DNA of 52,070 bases from Pseudomonadota bacterium (GCA_040390085.1 JAZJZB010000074.1:1720-53789), one strand, 5' to 3'. Shown: positions 9,856 through 20,189, numbered from the stretch's first letter. A program made the numbers and translations. The notes: generated by a model from the letters alone, not told the origin.

Positions 9856-10857
9856 ATGATGAAGCTTTGGCCCTTATTGCTGTTCGGCTGCGTCACAGCC
9901 GCCTCGCCTGCGGCCCCGGCCTTCGCCCAAGGCGCGCCAAGCTCGGCGCAGCTCCAGCTCGCCAAGCACGCGGACAAGCTCGAACCCGGCGAATGGGTGT
10001 GGGCGCCGCAAATCGCGCGAAGCGGGCCGGTCCTGGTCTATGTCGATCTCGGCCGGCAGCGCGCGACGGTGTACCGCAACGGAGTCCGCATCGGCGTTTC
10101 GACCATCTCCTCGGGCAAGGACGGCTACGAGACGCCGACGGGGGTCTTCACCATCCTCGAGAAGGACAAGGACCACCGCTCGCGCACCTATGACGACGCG
10201 AAAATGCCCTACCAGCAGCGGCTCACCTGGAAGGGTGTCGCGCTTCATGCCGGCAACTTGCCCGGTTTCCCGGCCAGCCACGGTTGCGTCCGGTTGCCGA
10301 TGGAGTTTGCCAGGAAACTGTTCGAGGTCACGCCGATGGGCGGAACGGTGGTGATCGCCGGCGGCCACGAGGACCCGGTGAGGCGGCCGGCGGCGGGCGT
10401 CCTGGCGCCGCCGATGGCCGGGGTGACCCCAGCTTCGGCCACGGTGCTGAGCGCCGAGGGCACCTATACCTGGACCCCGGCCACGAGCCCGAGCGGGCCA
10501 GTGTCGATCATCGTCTCGACCGGCGACCAGCAGGTGGTCGTGCTGCGCAACGGGGTCGAGATCGGCCGCGCCCACGCCAACGTCCAGGCCGAGACCACAC
10601 AGGCCCAGGTCATGACCTTCACCGGCGGCAAGGACAAACAATGGATCCAGGTCGGCGTATCCGACCTGACCGGCGAGCAGGCGGAGATCATTTCCACCGA
10701 GCGCGTCGAGCAGATGCACTTGCCGGCGGCGTTCGTGACCGCGATGCGATCGGTGATCGCGCCGGGGACAACGGTGCTGGTGACCCAGGCGTCGGTCGAT
10801 GCTCAGTCGACCGGAGTCCAGACCACGGTCATGGATGCCGACGACGCGAAGAAGTGA
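9856..10857 (+). CDS. L,D-transpeptidase (YkuD family), exported
   Basis: STISSGK..YETPTGVF and ALHAG...ASHGCVRL catalytic motif. Signal peptide and SD AGGAG. Confidence 0.9.
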   Translation: MMKLWPLLLFGCVTAASPAAPAFAQGAPSSAQLQLAKHADKLEPGEWVWAPQIARSGPVLVYVDLGRQRATVYRNGVRIGVSTISSGKDGYETPTGVFTILEKDKDHRSRTYDDAKMPYQQRLTWKGVALHAGNLPGFPASHGCVRLPMEFARKLFEVTPMGGTVVIAGGHEDPVRRPAAGVLAPPMAGVTPASATVLSAEGTYTWTPATSPSGPVSIIVSTGDQQVVVLRNGVEIGRAHANVQAETTQAQVMTFTGGKDKQWIQVGVSDLTGEQAEIISTERVEQMHLPAAFVTAMRSVIAPGTTVLVTQASVDAQSTGVQTTVMDADDAKK

Positions 10858-10870
10858 ATACTTGCCGGCC

Positions 10871-12595
10871 TCACCCGAAGGTGAATGAGAAAGCGTCGAC
10901 TCCCGGATCGAGGAACTCGATCGTGAACGTGCGGTCGCGCACGACGCCCTTCTGCCGCACCAGCTGGTAGAGCCGCTCGTCCTTGACCATTCCCACGCCG
11001 TTGGCGGCGATGTCGACTCCGGCGTCGCCGCCCGGCGCCTGGCCGTCGAGAGTCACGCGGAAGCGGACCGGCTTACCGGTGGCCGAGCCGAGCACGAGGT
11101 GCAGGTCGCGCGCGTGGAAGCGGAAGTGGATTTTCGCGCCTGCAGCGAGCGAGCGCGCGCTTTGCCGGCTGTCGAGCCAGCGGCCTTCGAGCGCCCAGTC
11201 GTTGAGTTGCAGCGGCGCCGGCGCATAGGTCCTGGCGATGTCGTGCGCGAGCCCACCGGGCGAGACCAAGCGATCCGCGCGGGCGTAGCCGATGTAGGTC
11301 TCGGGCGAGCCGATGCTGCGCGAGGCGGCGGCTTCGCTGCCAGCCGCAGCGACGCTGGCCGCGGCGCCGATCGGCGCGTGGCCGGCTTCGGCGCGCAGCT
11401 GCCGGATGACCTTCTCGGACAGCTCATATTGGCCTTCGCCGTGGTGATGATAACGGACGCGCCCCTGCGCATCGACGAAGTAATGCGCCGGCCAATAATT
11501 GTTCTTGAGCGCATTCCACAGCACGTAATTGTTGTCGAGCGCGACCGGGTAGCGGATGCCGAGGTCGGCAATCGCGCGCTGGACGTTGGCGGGATCGCGC
11601 TCGAACGCGAACTCGGGCGCGTGGACCCCGATGATCACCAGCCCGTCCTTGCGGTAGCGATCGTCCCACGCTTTCAAATAGGGGATGGTGCGCAGGCAGT
11701 TGATGCAGCTGTAGGTCCAGAAGTCGATCAGCACGACCTTGCCCTTGAGCTGCTGCGTCGTGAGCGGCGCGCTGTTGAACCACGGGCCGAGCTTGTCGAG
11801 CGGCGGGAGCTGGCCTTCGACGGGCAAGATCAGCTGGCCCATCGCGTCGGTGCGGACTCCGGTCTCCGCTGGGCCGCCAGCGCCGAGCTTGTGGGCGAGG
11901 CCGGTTTCGAGGCTTGCCGTCTGGGCACTCGACAACTTGGCGAGGACTCGCGTGTCGAGCCCGAGCGCGATCACCGCGACGCCGGCGAGGACGAGGACTC
12001 CAAGCGCCTGGCGAATCCGCTCGCTGGTGCCGAGCGACTTCTTCATCCCCTGGAACAGCTTGCCGCCGACCAGCAAAGCAAGCGCGAGCGAAGTCGCTGC
12101 GCCAAGCGCGTAGGCGAGCAGCAACAAGGTGGTCGAAAAGCTTGCACCCTTGAGCGCGGCGGTGGTGAAAATGATTCCGAGGATCGGTCCGGCGCATGGC
12201 GCCCACAGCAGCCCGGTCGCCACCCCCAGGACCAGCGACGACCAGATGCTTTCCTGCTCGCCCTGCGAGCGCTCGGTCAGCCGCGAGCCCATCGCCACCA
12301 GCGGGCGGGTCATGCGGTCGGCGATGGCCGGGAACACCAGCGAGACTCCGAAGAGTGCGAGCAGGATCAGCGCAGCCCAGCGGCCGACGCTGTTGACCCG
12401 CACCGCCCAGCCGCCGCCGACCGCGGCAAGCGTGGCGACCACGGCAAAGGTGATCGCCATTCCGGCGAGCAACGGCAGCGTGCTTCGCGCAAAGCTGCGC
12501 CCGGCGCGCGCGAACACGAACGGAAGCACCGGCAGGATGCACGGGCTGAGGATGGTGAGGACGCCGCCAAAATAAGCGAGCAGGATGATGAGCAT
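10871..12595 (-). CDS. dipZ: DipZ-type CcdA-thioredoxin fusion (cytochrome c biogenesis / disulfide reduction)
   Basis: LSPCILPVLP and WAPCAGP in the CcdA part, DFWTYSCINC in the thioredoxin part, and the C-terminal FHARDLHLVLG..RLYQLVRQ domain. Confidence 0.88.
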   Translation of the reverse strand: MLIILLAYFGGVLTILSPCILPVLPFVFARAGRSFARSTLPLLAGMAITFAVVATLAAVGGGWAVRVNSVGRWAALILLALFGVSLVFPAIADRMTRPLVAMGSRLTERSQGEQESIWSSLVLGVATGLLWAPCAGPILGIIFTTAALKGASFSTTLLLLAYALGAATSLALALLVGGKLFQGMKKSLGTSERIRQALGVLVLAGVAVIALGLDTRVLAKLSSAQTASLETGLAHKLGAGGPAETGVRTDAMGQLILPVEGQLPPLDKLGPWFNSAPLTTQQLKGKVVLIDFWTYSCINCLRTIPYLKAWDDRYRKDGLVIIGVHAPEFAFERDPANVQRAIADLGIRYPVALDNNYVLWNALKNNYWPAHYFVDAQGRVRYHHHGEGQYELSEKVIRQLRAEAGHAPIGAAASVAAAGSEAAASRSIGSPETYIGYARADRLVSPGGLAHDIARTYAPAPLQLNDWALEGRWLDSRQSARSLAAGAKIHFRFHARDLHLVLGSATGKPVRFRVTLDGQAPGGDAGVDIAANGVGMVKDERLYQLVRQKGVVRDRTFTIEFLDPGVDAFSFTFG

Positions 12596-12626
12596 GGCCG
12601 CGCCTTACCGTTGCGGAAGTGTAACT

Positions 12627-12715
12627 AATGCTGAACGGTTTAGACCAAAACTCGTTCGGACGCTGCAGACGCACTGGCGTTCCTGGATTGGAAGTATTAT
12701 GTACCGATCGATATG
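12627..12715. promoter_or_regulatory. Two putative TetR operators in the dipZ/tetR divergent region
   Basis: AATGCTGAACGGTTTA (12627-12642) and TGTACCGATCGATATG (12700-12715, overlapping the tetR ATG). Confidence 0.55.
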
Positions 12716-13324
12716 AATAAACCGGAGACCCTTGCCGTCCGCGGCCGGCCCCGCGAGTTCTGCGTCGAGGACGCGCTCGCCAAGGCGCTGCGCGTGTTCT
12801 GGAGCAAGGGCTACGAAGGCACCTCGCTCAACGACCTCACCGAAGCCATGGGCGTCACCCGCCCGAGCCTCTATGCGGCGTTCGGCAATAAGGAGGCGTT
12901 GTTCCGCAAGGCGCTGGATCTCTACCAGCGCGAGAAGCTTCAATATATCGGCCGCGCGCTGGAGCAGCCGACCGCGCGCCAGGTGGCCGAGATGCTGCTT
13001 CGCGGCGCGGTCGAGAATGCGTCGAGCACCGAGGAGCCGCATGGTTGCCTGGGGGTCATCACGTCGGTCGCGTGCGGCGCGGAATCGCAATCGATCCGCG
13101 AGGAAGTGCTGGAGCGCGGCAAGGTCGCCAAGCAGGCGCTGATCGAGCGGCTCGAGCGCGCCAAGGCCGAGGGCGATCTTCCCGCCAATGTCGAGGCCGA
13201 GGCGCTCACCAACCTGCTCTATGCGGTGGTCCAGGGGATCTGCATCCAGGCGGGGTCAGGGGCCACTCGCGAAGAGCTCAACCGGGTGGTCGAGACCGGC
13301 CTGATGATGTGGCCGACCGCCTGA
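12713..13324 (+). CDS. TetR/AcrR family regulator (ComR/NemR-like)
   Basis: RGRPREF..ALRVFWSKGYEGTSLNDLTEAMGVTRPSLYAAFGNKE and a GCL motif. Confidence 0.93.
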   Translation: MNKPETLAVRGRPREFCVEDALAKALRVFWSKGYEGTSLNDLTEAMGVTRPSLYAAFGNKEALFRKALDLYQREKLQYIGRALEQPTARQVAEMLLRGAVENASSTEEPHGCLGVITSVACGAESQSIREEVLERGKVAKQALIERLERAKAEGDLPANVEAEALTNLLYAVVQGICIQAGSGATREELNRVVETGLMMWPTA

Positions 13325-13346
13325 TTTTATCGGTCCATCAAATTTT

Positions 13347-13409
13347 TTTATCGACCGGTATAGAAATTCCAATTGACGCCGCTTACCTGACTTTGTACTG
13401 AACGGTACA
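13347..13409 (+). promoter_or_regulatory. RND operon promoter with two TetR operators
   Basis: TTTATCGACCGGTATA (13347-13362), TTGACG (13373)-N17-TACTGA (13396), and TGTACTGAACGGTACA (13394-13409) covering the -10. Confidence 0.7.
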
Positions 13410-13618
13410 GAAAGCTTGGAGTCAACCGACCCGGCGTTCTGACCATCGAAAACAAAAACAGGGGCGATGCGTCCACAATGAACCAACTCCACCGCGGGCA
13501 CTGACGCCCGCCAGTTGATCGCAAACGACAGTCGCCGACGACGGAGCATCCGGCTCCGGCGGACGAGGAATTTTGCGCCGCGGCCGACGCGCGCGCCGAG
13601 ACAAGAGGCAGAAGAAGA

Positions 13619-14029
13619 ATGGCATATCTCGCTCGCATCGAACCGATGGAAAGCCAGCGCATCGCGTTTCCGGCGTTCGCTGAGGCGGCGAGCGCCAAGC
13701 CCGATTTCTCGCCGCTCGAATGGTCGATCATCCGCCATGCGCGGACCGATGGCCTGTCGACCATCCGTGAGCCCGGCGTCTTTAGCCGGTTGTTCAATTG
13801 GGTGATTGGCCGCAGCGGCAACCGACAGCTCGCCAATGAGGGGCTCGAGGCACTTCGCCGCACCGCCGTGCTCAGCTGGCATTTCGGTTTCTCGATTCCC
13901 GGCGACGATGTCGCCCACTTCCTGTCGACGGGCTTCACGGCCGACCAGTATGAGCTGCTGGTATCGAGCGTCCGCGCCGCCGCCACCGGCTCCAATGTCC
14001 ACAGTATCACGGGGGAGGCGATCGCCTGA
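13619..14029 (+). CDS. Hypothetical protein, possibly an AhpD-like C-terminal half, first gene of the RND operon
   Basis: LANEGLEALRR.AV...FLSTGFT.DQ. TGATG coupling to the MFP gene. Confidence 0.7.
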   Translation: MAYLARIEPMESQRIAFPAFAEAASAKPDFSPLEWSIIRHARTDGLSTIREPGVFSRLFNWVIGRSGNRQLANEGLEALRRTAVLSWHFGFSIPGDDVAHFLSTGFTADQYELLVSSVRAAATGSNVHSITGEAIA

Positions 14030-15309
14030 TGTTCCTGCGCAAAGATGAATTCGAAACCGGTGGCGGCGGACTCCGCGAGTCCCTGGTCGTCCACGTGCGA
14101 CGGCAGCCGCCGCTGGTCCGCGCCGGGCTGATCGCGCTTCCGCTGCTGGTGCTGCTCGCGCTTGCCTATTGGCTGCTCGCAGGTCCCCGGCAGCCGGCCG
14201 CGGCGATGCCGCCGGCGGAGGTCGCGATTGCTTATCCGCTGCAGCGAAACATCATCGAATATGACGAATTCACCGGCCGTTTCGAGCCCAGCCGCGCGGT
14301 CGAGATCCGCCCGCGCGTGTCGGGCCAACTTGCCGGCATCCACTTCCGCGACGGCGATTATGTTCGGCAGGGCCAATTGCTGTTCACCATCGACCCGCGA
14401 CCGTTCGCCGCAGCGCTTGCCGAAGCGCAGGCGCGCGCCGCGGCCGCACGCACCGCCGCGGGGCTCGCCCGGGCGGAACTTGCCCGGGCCCTTCGCCTGC
14501 TGCCCGACGACGCGGTTTCCAAGGAGGAAGTCGATAACCTGCGCGCCGCCGCGCGCTCGGCCGAAGCGAGCATTGCCGCTGCTGACGCCGTCGTCCGCCA
14601 GCGCGCGCTCGACCTCGAGTTCACCCGCATCAGGGCGCCGATCAGCGGCAAGATTTCCTATCGTCGCGTCGATCCCGGAAGCCAGGTCGGAAGCGGCGCT
14701 GGCGCGGGCACCTTGCTGACGACGATCAACGCGGTCGACCCGATCTACTTCACCTTCGACGTGTCGGAAGGCTTGCTGCTCAAGGCCCAGCGCGATCGCG
14801 CGGCGGCCGGCGGAGCCCCGCAAATGATCGACATTCGCCTGCAGGACGAGCCCGATTACCGATGGCACGGCCAGGTCGACTTCACCGATAACGGGATCGA
14901 TCCCGCTTCCGGCACGATCCGCGCCCGCGCGGTGGTCGCCAACGCCGGGGCGTTCCTGACGCCCGGCATGTTCGGAAGCATGCGGCTCTCGAACGGCCGC
15001 CCGGTCACCGCATTGCTCGTCCCCGACAGCGCGGTGATGGCCGACCAGGCCGGCAAGATGGTCATGACCATCGGCAAGAACGGCCAGCCGGCACCGGTGC
15101 CGGTGGTGGTCGGCCCGGTCATCGACGGCCTTCGGGTGATCAAGTCCGGGCTGGCGCCAAACGCCAGGGTCGTCATCCGCGGCCAGCAGCGGATCATGCC
15201 CGGAATGCCGATCCAGCCCAAGCTGACCAAGATCGTCGCCGAGCCGTCGAAGGCTGCAAGCGCGGTCGCCGTCGAGCAGCCGGCTGGCAGCGCCACCTTC
15301 GCGAACTAG
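14029..15309 (+). CDS. RND efflux periplasmic adaptor (MFP, MexE-like)
   Basis: VEIRPRVSG, GQLLFTIDPRPF, TRIRAPISG, LTPGMF. Confidence 0.93.
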   Translation: MFLRKDEFETGGGGLRESLVVHVRRQPPLVRAGLIALPLLVLLALAYWLLAGPRQPAAAMPPAEVAIAYPLQRNIIEYDEFTGRFEPSRAVEIRPRVSGQLAGIHFRDGDYVRQGQLLFTIDPRPFAAALAEAQARAAAARTAAGLARAELARALRLLPDDAVSKEEVDNLRAAARSAEASIAAADAVVRQRALDLEFTRIRAPISGKISYRRVDPGSQVGSGAGAGTLLTTINAVDPIYFTFDVSEGLLLKAQRDRAAAGGAPQMIDIRLQDEPDYRWHGQVDFTDNGIDPASGTIRARAVVANAGAFLTPGMFGSMRLSNGRPVTALLVPDSAVMADQAGKMVMTIGKNGQPAPVPVVVGPVIDGLRVIKSGLAPNARVVIRGQQRIMPGMPIQPKLTKIVAEPSKAASAVAVEQPAGSATFAN

Positions 15310-15323
15310 AATCGAGCAAGCCA

Positions 15324-18300
15324 GTGCGTCTTTCGCGAATCTTCATCGACCGGCCGATCTTTGCCGCGGTCATCGCCATCGTCATCACGCTGGTCGGAGC
15401 GATCAGCTATTTCGGGCTGCCGGTGAGCCAGTATCCCGACGTCGTTCCGCCGACGATCACCGTGAACGCATCCTATCCGGGCGCGTCGGCCGAGACGGTC
15501 GCGGATACGGTTGCGGCGCCGATCGAGCAGCAGATCAACGGCGTCGACGACATGCTCTACATTTCGAGCCAGTCGACCGGCGACGGGCGGGTGACGATCA
15601 CCGTCACGTTCAAGCTCGGCACCGACCTCGATAAGGCGCAGGTGCTGGTGCAGAACCGCGTCGCCCTCGCCCAGCCGAGCCTGCCCGAGGATGTCCGGCG
15701 CATCGGCGTGGTGGTGCGCAAGTCGCTGCCGTCGTGGCTGATGGCCATCAACATCATCTCGCCCGACCATTCGCGCGACCGCGCCTACATGTCGAACTAC
15801 ATCCTCAGCCAGGTCCGTGACCGGCTTACGCGCGTCGACGGCATCGGCGACGTCCAGATGTTCGGCGGGCGCGACTATGCGATGCGGGTGTGGATCGACC
15901 CCGGCCGGGCCGCCGCGCGCGGGTTGACCGGCGGCGAGATCGTCAATGCGCTGCGCGGCCAGAACGTCCAGGTCGCGGCCGGAACGCTCGGCCAGCCGCC
16001 TTACGACACGCGCTCCGCCTACCAGCTCAACGTCGAGACCCAGGGCCGCTTCAAGGACCCGGCTGACTTCGCCAACATCATCGTCAAGAGCGCGCCGGAC
16101 GGCGCGGTCACCCGGCTGTCCGACGTCGGCCGGGTCGAGCTCGGCGCCGAGGATTATGGCGTCAACGGTTACCTGTCGGGCGAGGAATCCCTGATCCTCG
16201 GCATCACCCAGCGGCCCGGCACCAACGCCCTCGCCGCCGAGCAGGGCGTGCTCAATGTCATGAGGGATGCGTCCAGGGACTTCCCGTCGGGCATGGCCTA
16301 TCGGGTCATTTGGAACCCGACCGAGTTCATCAGCAAGTCGATGGAAGCGGTGCAGATGACGCTGCTCGAGGCGGTCGCGCTGGTCGTGCTTGTGATCCTC
16401 GTCTTCCTGCAAAGCTGGCGCGCGGCGGTGATCCCGGTGGTCGCGATCCCGGTCTCGCTGATCGGCACGTTCGCGGTGCTCGCGAGCCTTGGCTACTCGC
16501 TCAACACACTTTCGATGTTCGGGCTGGTGCTGGCGATCGGCATCGTCGTCGACGACGCCATCGTCGTGGTCGAGAACGTCGAGCGAAACCTCGAGAAAGG
16601 CCTGACGCCCAAGGAAGCTGCACGGCGCTCGATGGACGAAGTGTCGACCGCGCTGGTGGCAATCGTGCTGGTGCTGTGCGCGGTGTTCGTGCCCACAATG
16701 TTCCTGACCGGCCTGTCGGGTGAGTTCTACCGTCAGTTCGCGGTGACGATCTCGAGCGCCACCCTGATCTCGCTGCTGCTCTCGCTGACCCTGTCGCCGG
16801 CGCTCGCGGCGCTGCTGCTCAGGCCGAGGAGCGATCATCGTGCGGAGAGCGGCGTCATGGGCTTCCTCCACCGCGCAGGCGATCGGTTCAACCAGGGATT
16901 CGATCGATTCTCGGCCTGGTACGGCCGGGCAACGCGCAAGCTGATCACCAACCCGCGCAAGGTCCTGCTGACCTACGGCGGGCTCATCGCAGCGGCGATC
17001 GCCTTGTTCTGGGCAACGCCGGCTGGCTTCATTCCAGCGCAGGACCAGGGCTATTCGCTGGCCGTGGTGCAGCTTCCGGCCGGGAGCTCGCTCGAACGTA
17101 CCGACGCAGTGCTCAAGAAGGTCGCCGCGCGGCTGGTCAAGATCGAGGGCGTCGAGGCCGCGGTGATGTTCGCTGGCTTCGACGGCGCTTCGGGCACGCA
17201 GGCCTCGAATGCCGGCGCCTCCTACCTCGCGTTCAAGGATTATGGCTGGCGCGCCAAGCACGGCCGCAGCGAGCAGGCGATCGAGGCCGACATGCGCAAG
17301 GCGGTCGCCGACATCGACGAAGCCAATGTGTTCGTGATCTCGCCGCCAGTCATCCAGGGCATCGGCTCGGGCGGGTTCAGGATGATCGTCCAGGACCGCG
17401 CGTCGAACGGCTATGACGCGATGCAGGGCGCTGCGTTCCAGTTCATGGGCCAGGCCGCGCAGACCAAGGGCCTGGCCAACGTCTTCACGCTCTACAATAC
17501 GCAGACTCCGCGCGTGTACGCCGCGATCGACCGGACCAAGGCCGACATGCTCGGGGTTCCGCCCGGGCGCGTCAACGAAGCGCTGCAGGTCTATCTCGGC
17601 TCGGCCTACGTCAACGACTTCAACCTGCTCGGCCGTACCTATCGCGTGACCGCGCAGGCGGATTCGCGCTTCAGGAACGATGTCACCGACATCGCCCAGC
17701 TCAAGGCCCGCTCAGACAGCGGGGCGATGGTTCCGCTCGGCTCGTTAGCGACTTTCCAGGACCGTACCGGGCCGTATCGCGTGACCCGCTACAATTTGTT
17801 CCCGGCGGTCGAGATGGATGGCCAGCCGGCGCCCGGTTATTCGACCGGCCAGGGCATCGCGGCGATGGAACAGATCGCGCAGGCCTTGCCGCCGGGCTTC
17901 AAGACCGAATGGACCGACATTGCCTTCCAGCAGAAAGCGGCCGGCAACACCGCCGGAATCGTCTTCGGCCTGGCGGTGGTGTTCGTCTTCCTGGTCCTCG
18001 CAGCGCAGTTCGAAAGCCTGACGCTCCCGCTCGCGGTGATTCTGATCGTGCCGATGACGCTGCTCGCGGCGATGATCGGCGTGAACCTGCGCGGGCAGGA
18101 CAATAATGTACTCACCCAGATCGGCTTGATCGTGCTCGTCGCGCTCGCCGCCAAGAACGCGATCCTGATCGTCGAGTTCGCCAAGCAAGCGGAAGAACGC
18201 GGGGCATCGATCATCGACGCAGCGGTCGAGGCCGCGCGGATCCGGCTCCGCCCGATCTTGATGACCAGCTTCGCCTTCATCCTCGGAACCTTGCCGCTGG

Positions 18301-18494
18301 TGACTTCGACCGGCGCCGGCGCCGAGCTCCGCCAGGCGCTTGGCACAGCGGTCTTCTTCGGGATGATCGGGGTGACGGGCTTCGGGCTGATCTTCACGCC
18401 GACCTTCTATGTCGTCTGCCGCAAGCTTGCCGAGCGGGTTGCCGAACGGCGCCAGCGGCGCGGCGGCCAGACGCTGCTCCAGCCTGCGGAATGA
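15324..18494 (+). CDS. HAE1 RND efflux permease (MexF/BepE-like)
   Basis: FIDRPIFA, GIVVDDAIVVVEN, AKNAILIVEFA, RLRPILMTS. Confidence 0.95.
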   Translation: MRLSRIFIDRPIFAAVIAIVITLVGAISYFGLPVSQYPDVVPPTITVNASYPGASAETVADTVAAPIEQQINGVDDMLYISSQSTGDGRVTITVTFKLGTDLDKAQVLVQNRVALAQPSLPEDVRRIGVVVRKSLPSWLMAINIISPDHSRDRAYMSNYILSQVRDRLTRVDGIGDVQMFGGRDYAMRVWIDPGRAAARGLTGGEIVNALRGQNVQVAAGTLGQPPYDTRSAYQLNVETQGRFKDPADFANIIVKSAPDGAVTRLSDVGRVELGAEDYGVNGYLSGEESLILGITQRPGTNALAAEQGVLNVMRDASRDFPSGMAYRVIWNPTEFISKSMEAVQMTLLEAVALVVLVILVFLQSWRAAVIPVVAIPVSLIGTFAVLASLGYSLNTLSMFGLVLAIGIVVDDAIVVVENVERNLEKGLTPKEAARRSMDEVSTALVAIVLVLCAVFVPTMFLTGLSGEFYRQFAVTISSATLISLLLSLTLSPALAALLLRPRSDHRAESGVMGFLHRAGDRFNQGFDRFSAWYGRATRKLITNPRKVLLTYGGLIAAAIALFWATPAGFIPAQDQGYSLAVVQLPAGSSLERTDAVLKKVAARLVKIEGVEAAVMFAGFDGASGTQASNAGASYLAFKDYGWRAKHGRSEQAIEADMRKAVADIDEANVFVISPPVIQGIGSGGFRMIVQDRASNGYDAMQGAAFQFMGQAAQTKGLANVFTLYNTQTPRVYAAIDRTKADMLGVPPGRVNEALQVYLGSAYVNDFNLLGRTYRVTAQADSRFRNDVTDIAQLKARSDSGAMVPLGSLATFQDRTGPYRVTRYNLFPAVEMDGQPAPGYSTGQGIAAMEQIAQALPPGFKTEWTDIAFQQKAAGNTAGIVFGLAVVFVFLVLAAQFESLTLPLAVILIVPMTLLAAMIGVNLRGQDNNVLTQIGLIVLVALAAKNAILIVEFAKQAEERGASIIDAAVEAARIRLRPILMTSFAFILGTLPLVTSTGAGAELRQALGTAVFFGMIGVTGFGLIFTPTFYVVCRKLAERVAERRQRRGGQTLLQPAE

Positions 18495-19927
18495 GAATCC
18501 AGATGCGCATCGTCCAACAACTCGTCGTCTCAGCCAGCGCCTTGACGCTGGCCGCCTGCGCCGCCGTCGGTCCCAACCACTCCCCTCCGCCGGTTCCGGC
18601 GACGGCGCAGGACCAGTTCGTCAGCTCCAATTTCGCATTGGTCGGGGATGCCGCCGTGCGCGACGATTGGTGGCGCCTCTACAACGATCCGGTCCTCGAC
18701 GGCCTGGTCCAGCAAGCGCTCGCAGCGAACAAGGATATTGCCGTAGCGACCGCCAACATCGCGGTTGCACGCGCTTCGCTGCGCGGCGCGCGCAGCGACC
18801 GCCTGCCGCAAACTTCGATCGGCGCTGGCGCGCAATATGGCCGGCCCGACGGGCTCAGCCGTGCGCCCGGGCAGGGCAGCGACTGGGCGCTGTCGACCGG
18901 CCTGGACGTCGCTTATGAGGTTGACCTGTTCGGCCGGGTCCGGCGCGGGGTCGAAGCTGCGCGGGCCGATGTCGGCGCGGCCGAGGCCGAGCGTGATTCC
19001 GCGCGGGTGATCGTCGCTGCCGAAACCGCGCGCGCTTATGCCGACATCCTGTCGAGCCAACGCAGGCTCGAAGTCGCCCGACATACGGTCGACCTGCTCG
19101 ACGCGACGGTGAAGCTTGCTGGCAAGCGGTTCGACGCCGGCCGCACTTCGCGGCTCGACCTGGTGCGGGTGAGCGCGCTGCGCGATCAGCAGCGCGCCAA
19201 GATCCCCGAGTTCGAAGCCGATCTTGAATCCGCGACCTTCCGCCTGGCGACGCTCACCGGGCATACGCCGGCCGAGCGGCCGGTGACCGGCGGCAACGGC
19301 AAGATGCTCGAGCTCGCCCAGCCGATCCCGGTCGGCGACGGCCGCGCCTTGCTCGCTCGGCGGCCGGACGTGCGCGAAGCCGAGCGCCGGCTCGCCGCCT
19401 CGACCGCCCGGATCGGCGTCGCGACGGCCGACCTCTATCCGCACATCTCCCTCGGCGGCTCGCTCACTTCGGCCGCGACCGGCATCGCCAGCCTGTTCAC
19501 CGGCGGCGCAGTCGGTTTTCTCGCCGGGCCGCTGCTCAGCTGGTCGTTTCCAAACCAGGCCGCGGCGCGGGCGCGGGTCGCCGGCGCCGAAGCGCAGAGC
19601 CAGGCCAATCTGGCGCGGTTCGACAAGACGGTGCTGACCGCGCTCGAGGAGACGGAGACCGCGCTGTCGCGCTACGCCAATCAGATTGAGCGCCGGAATG
19701 CCTTGCGGTCGGCGCGCGACCAGGCCGAGCGTGCCGCGCGCATCACCCGTGCCCAATTGCGCGAGGGACGCGCCGACAGCCTTGCGGTGCTCGACGCCGA
19801 ACGAACGCTCGCCCAATCGGAATCCGATCTGGCCGAAGCCGACGCTCGCCTGGTCGACGCCCAGGTCGACCTCTTCCGCGCGCTCGGCGGCGGCTGGCAG
19901 GGAGCACAAGTCGCGCAAAATCTCTGA
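18491..19927 (+). CDS. Outer membrane efflux lipoprotein (NodT/OprM family)
   Basis: Lipobox LAAC, YEVDLFG, LLARRPDVREAER, LFRALGGGW. Confidence 0.94.
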   Translation: MRIQMRIVQQLVVSASALTLAACAAVGPNHSPPPVPATAQDQFVSSNFALVGDAAVRDDWWRLYNDPVLDGLVQQALAANKDIAVATANIAVARASLRGARSDRLPQTSIGAGAQYGRPDGLSRAPGQGSDWALSTGLDVAYEVDLFGRVRRGVEAARADVGAAEAERDSARVIVAAETARAYADILSSQRRLEVARHTVDLLDATVKLAGKRFDAGRTSRLDLVRVSALRDQQRAKIPEFEADLESATFRLATLTGHTPAERPVTGGNGKMLELAQPIPVGDGRALLARRPDVREAERRLAASTARIGVATADLYPHISLGGSLTSAATGIASLFTGGAVGFLAGPLLSWSFPNQAAARARVAGAEAQSQANLARFDKTVLTALEETETALSRYANQIERRNALRSARDQAERAARITRAQLREGRADSLAVLDAERTLAQSESDLAEADARLVDAQVDLFRALGGGWQGAQVAQNL

Positions 19928-19946
19928 GCAAGCGAGCCGCTTGGGC

Positions 19947-19967
19947 TCCGCCTAAGGCTTAGGCGGA
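19947..19967. repeat. Perfect hairpin downstream of the RND operon, at the original tRNA 3' flank
   Basis: TCCGCCTAAG-G-CTTAGGCGGA. Confidence 0.6.
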
Positions 19968-20011
19968 CCACCTTGCTCCAAGTCCGAACGCGGCCGGCTC
20001 GCCAAGGCGAA

Positions 20012-20025
20012 GGCTGGTGGAGCTG
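20012..20025. repeat. att-like copy 1 of the tRNA-Ala 3' end (14 bp)
   Basis: GGCTGGTGGAGCTG, identical to 33830-33843 and 52016-52029. Confidence 0.75.
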
Positions 20026-20117
20026 GAACTGTTCGAGAGGACGACATCACCAGCCCGATTCGGTGCGCCTGCGTTTTACAGCAACGACGCGACCAATCCC
20101 GCTCGCAGGCGCACCAG

Positions 20118-20146
20118 TTGACAGAGTGAACGTTCACAATCATAAC
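20118..20146 (+). promoter_or_regulatory. Sigma70 promoter of the TBDR operon with a LacI-type operator
   Basis: TTGACA (20118)-N17-CATAAC (20141). The palindrome GTGAACGTTCAC (20126-20137) sits in the spacer. Confidence 0.8.
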
Positions 20147-20189
20147 TTCCATGCCGCTGGGAGAGAGCGGATCGGTTGATGGAGGGGGT

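Noticed and set aside
13478-13504. 8-codon uORF (MNQLHRGH) in the ~210-nt RND leader
   Set aside because: No clear SD spacing or attenuator structure; expected by chance.
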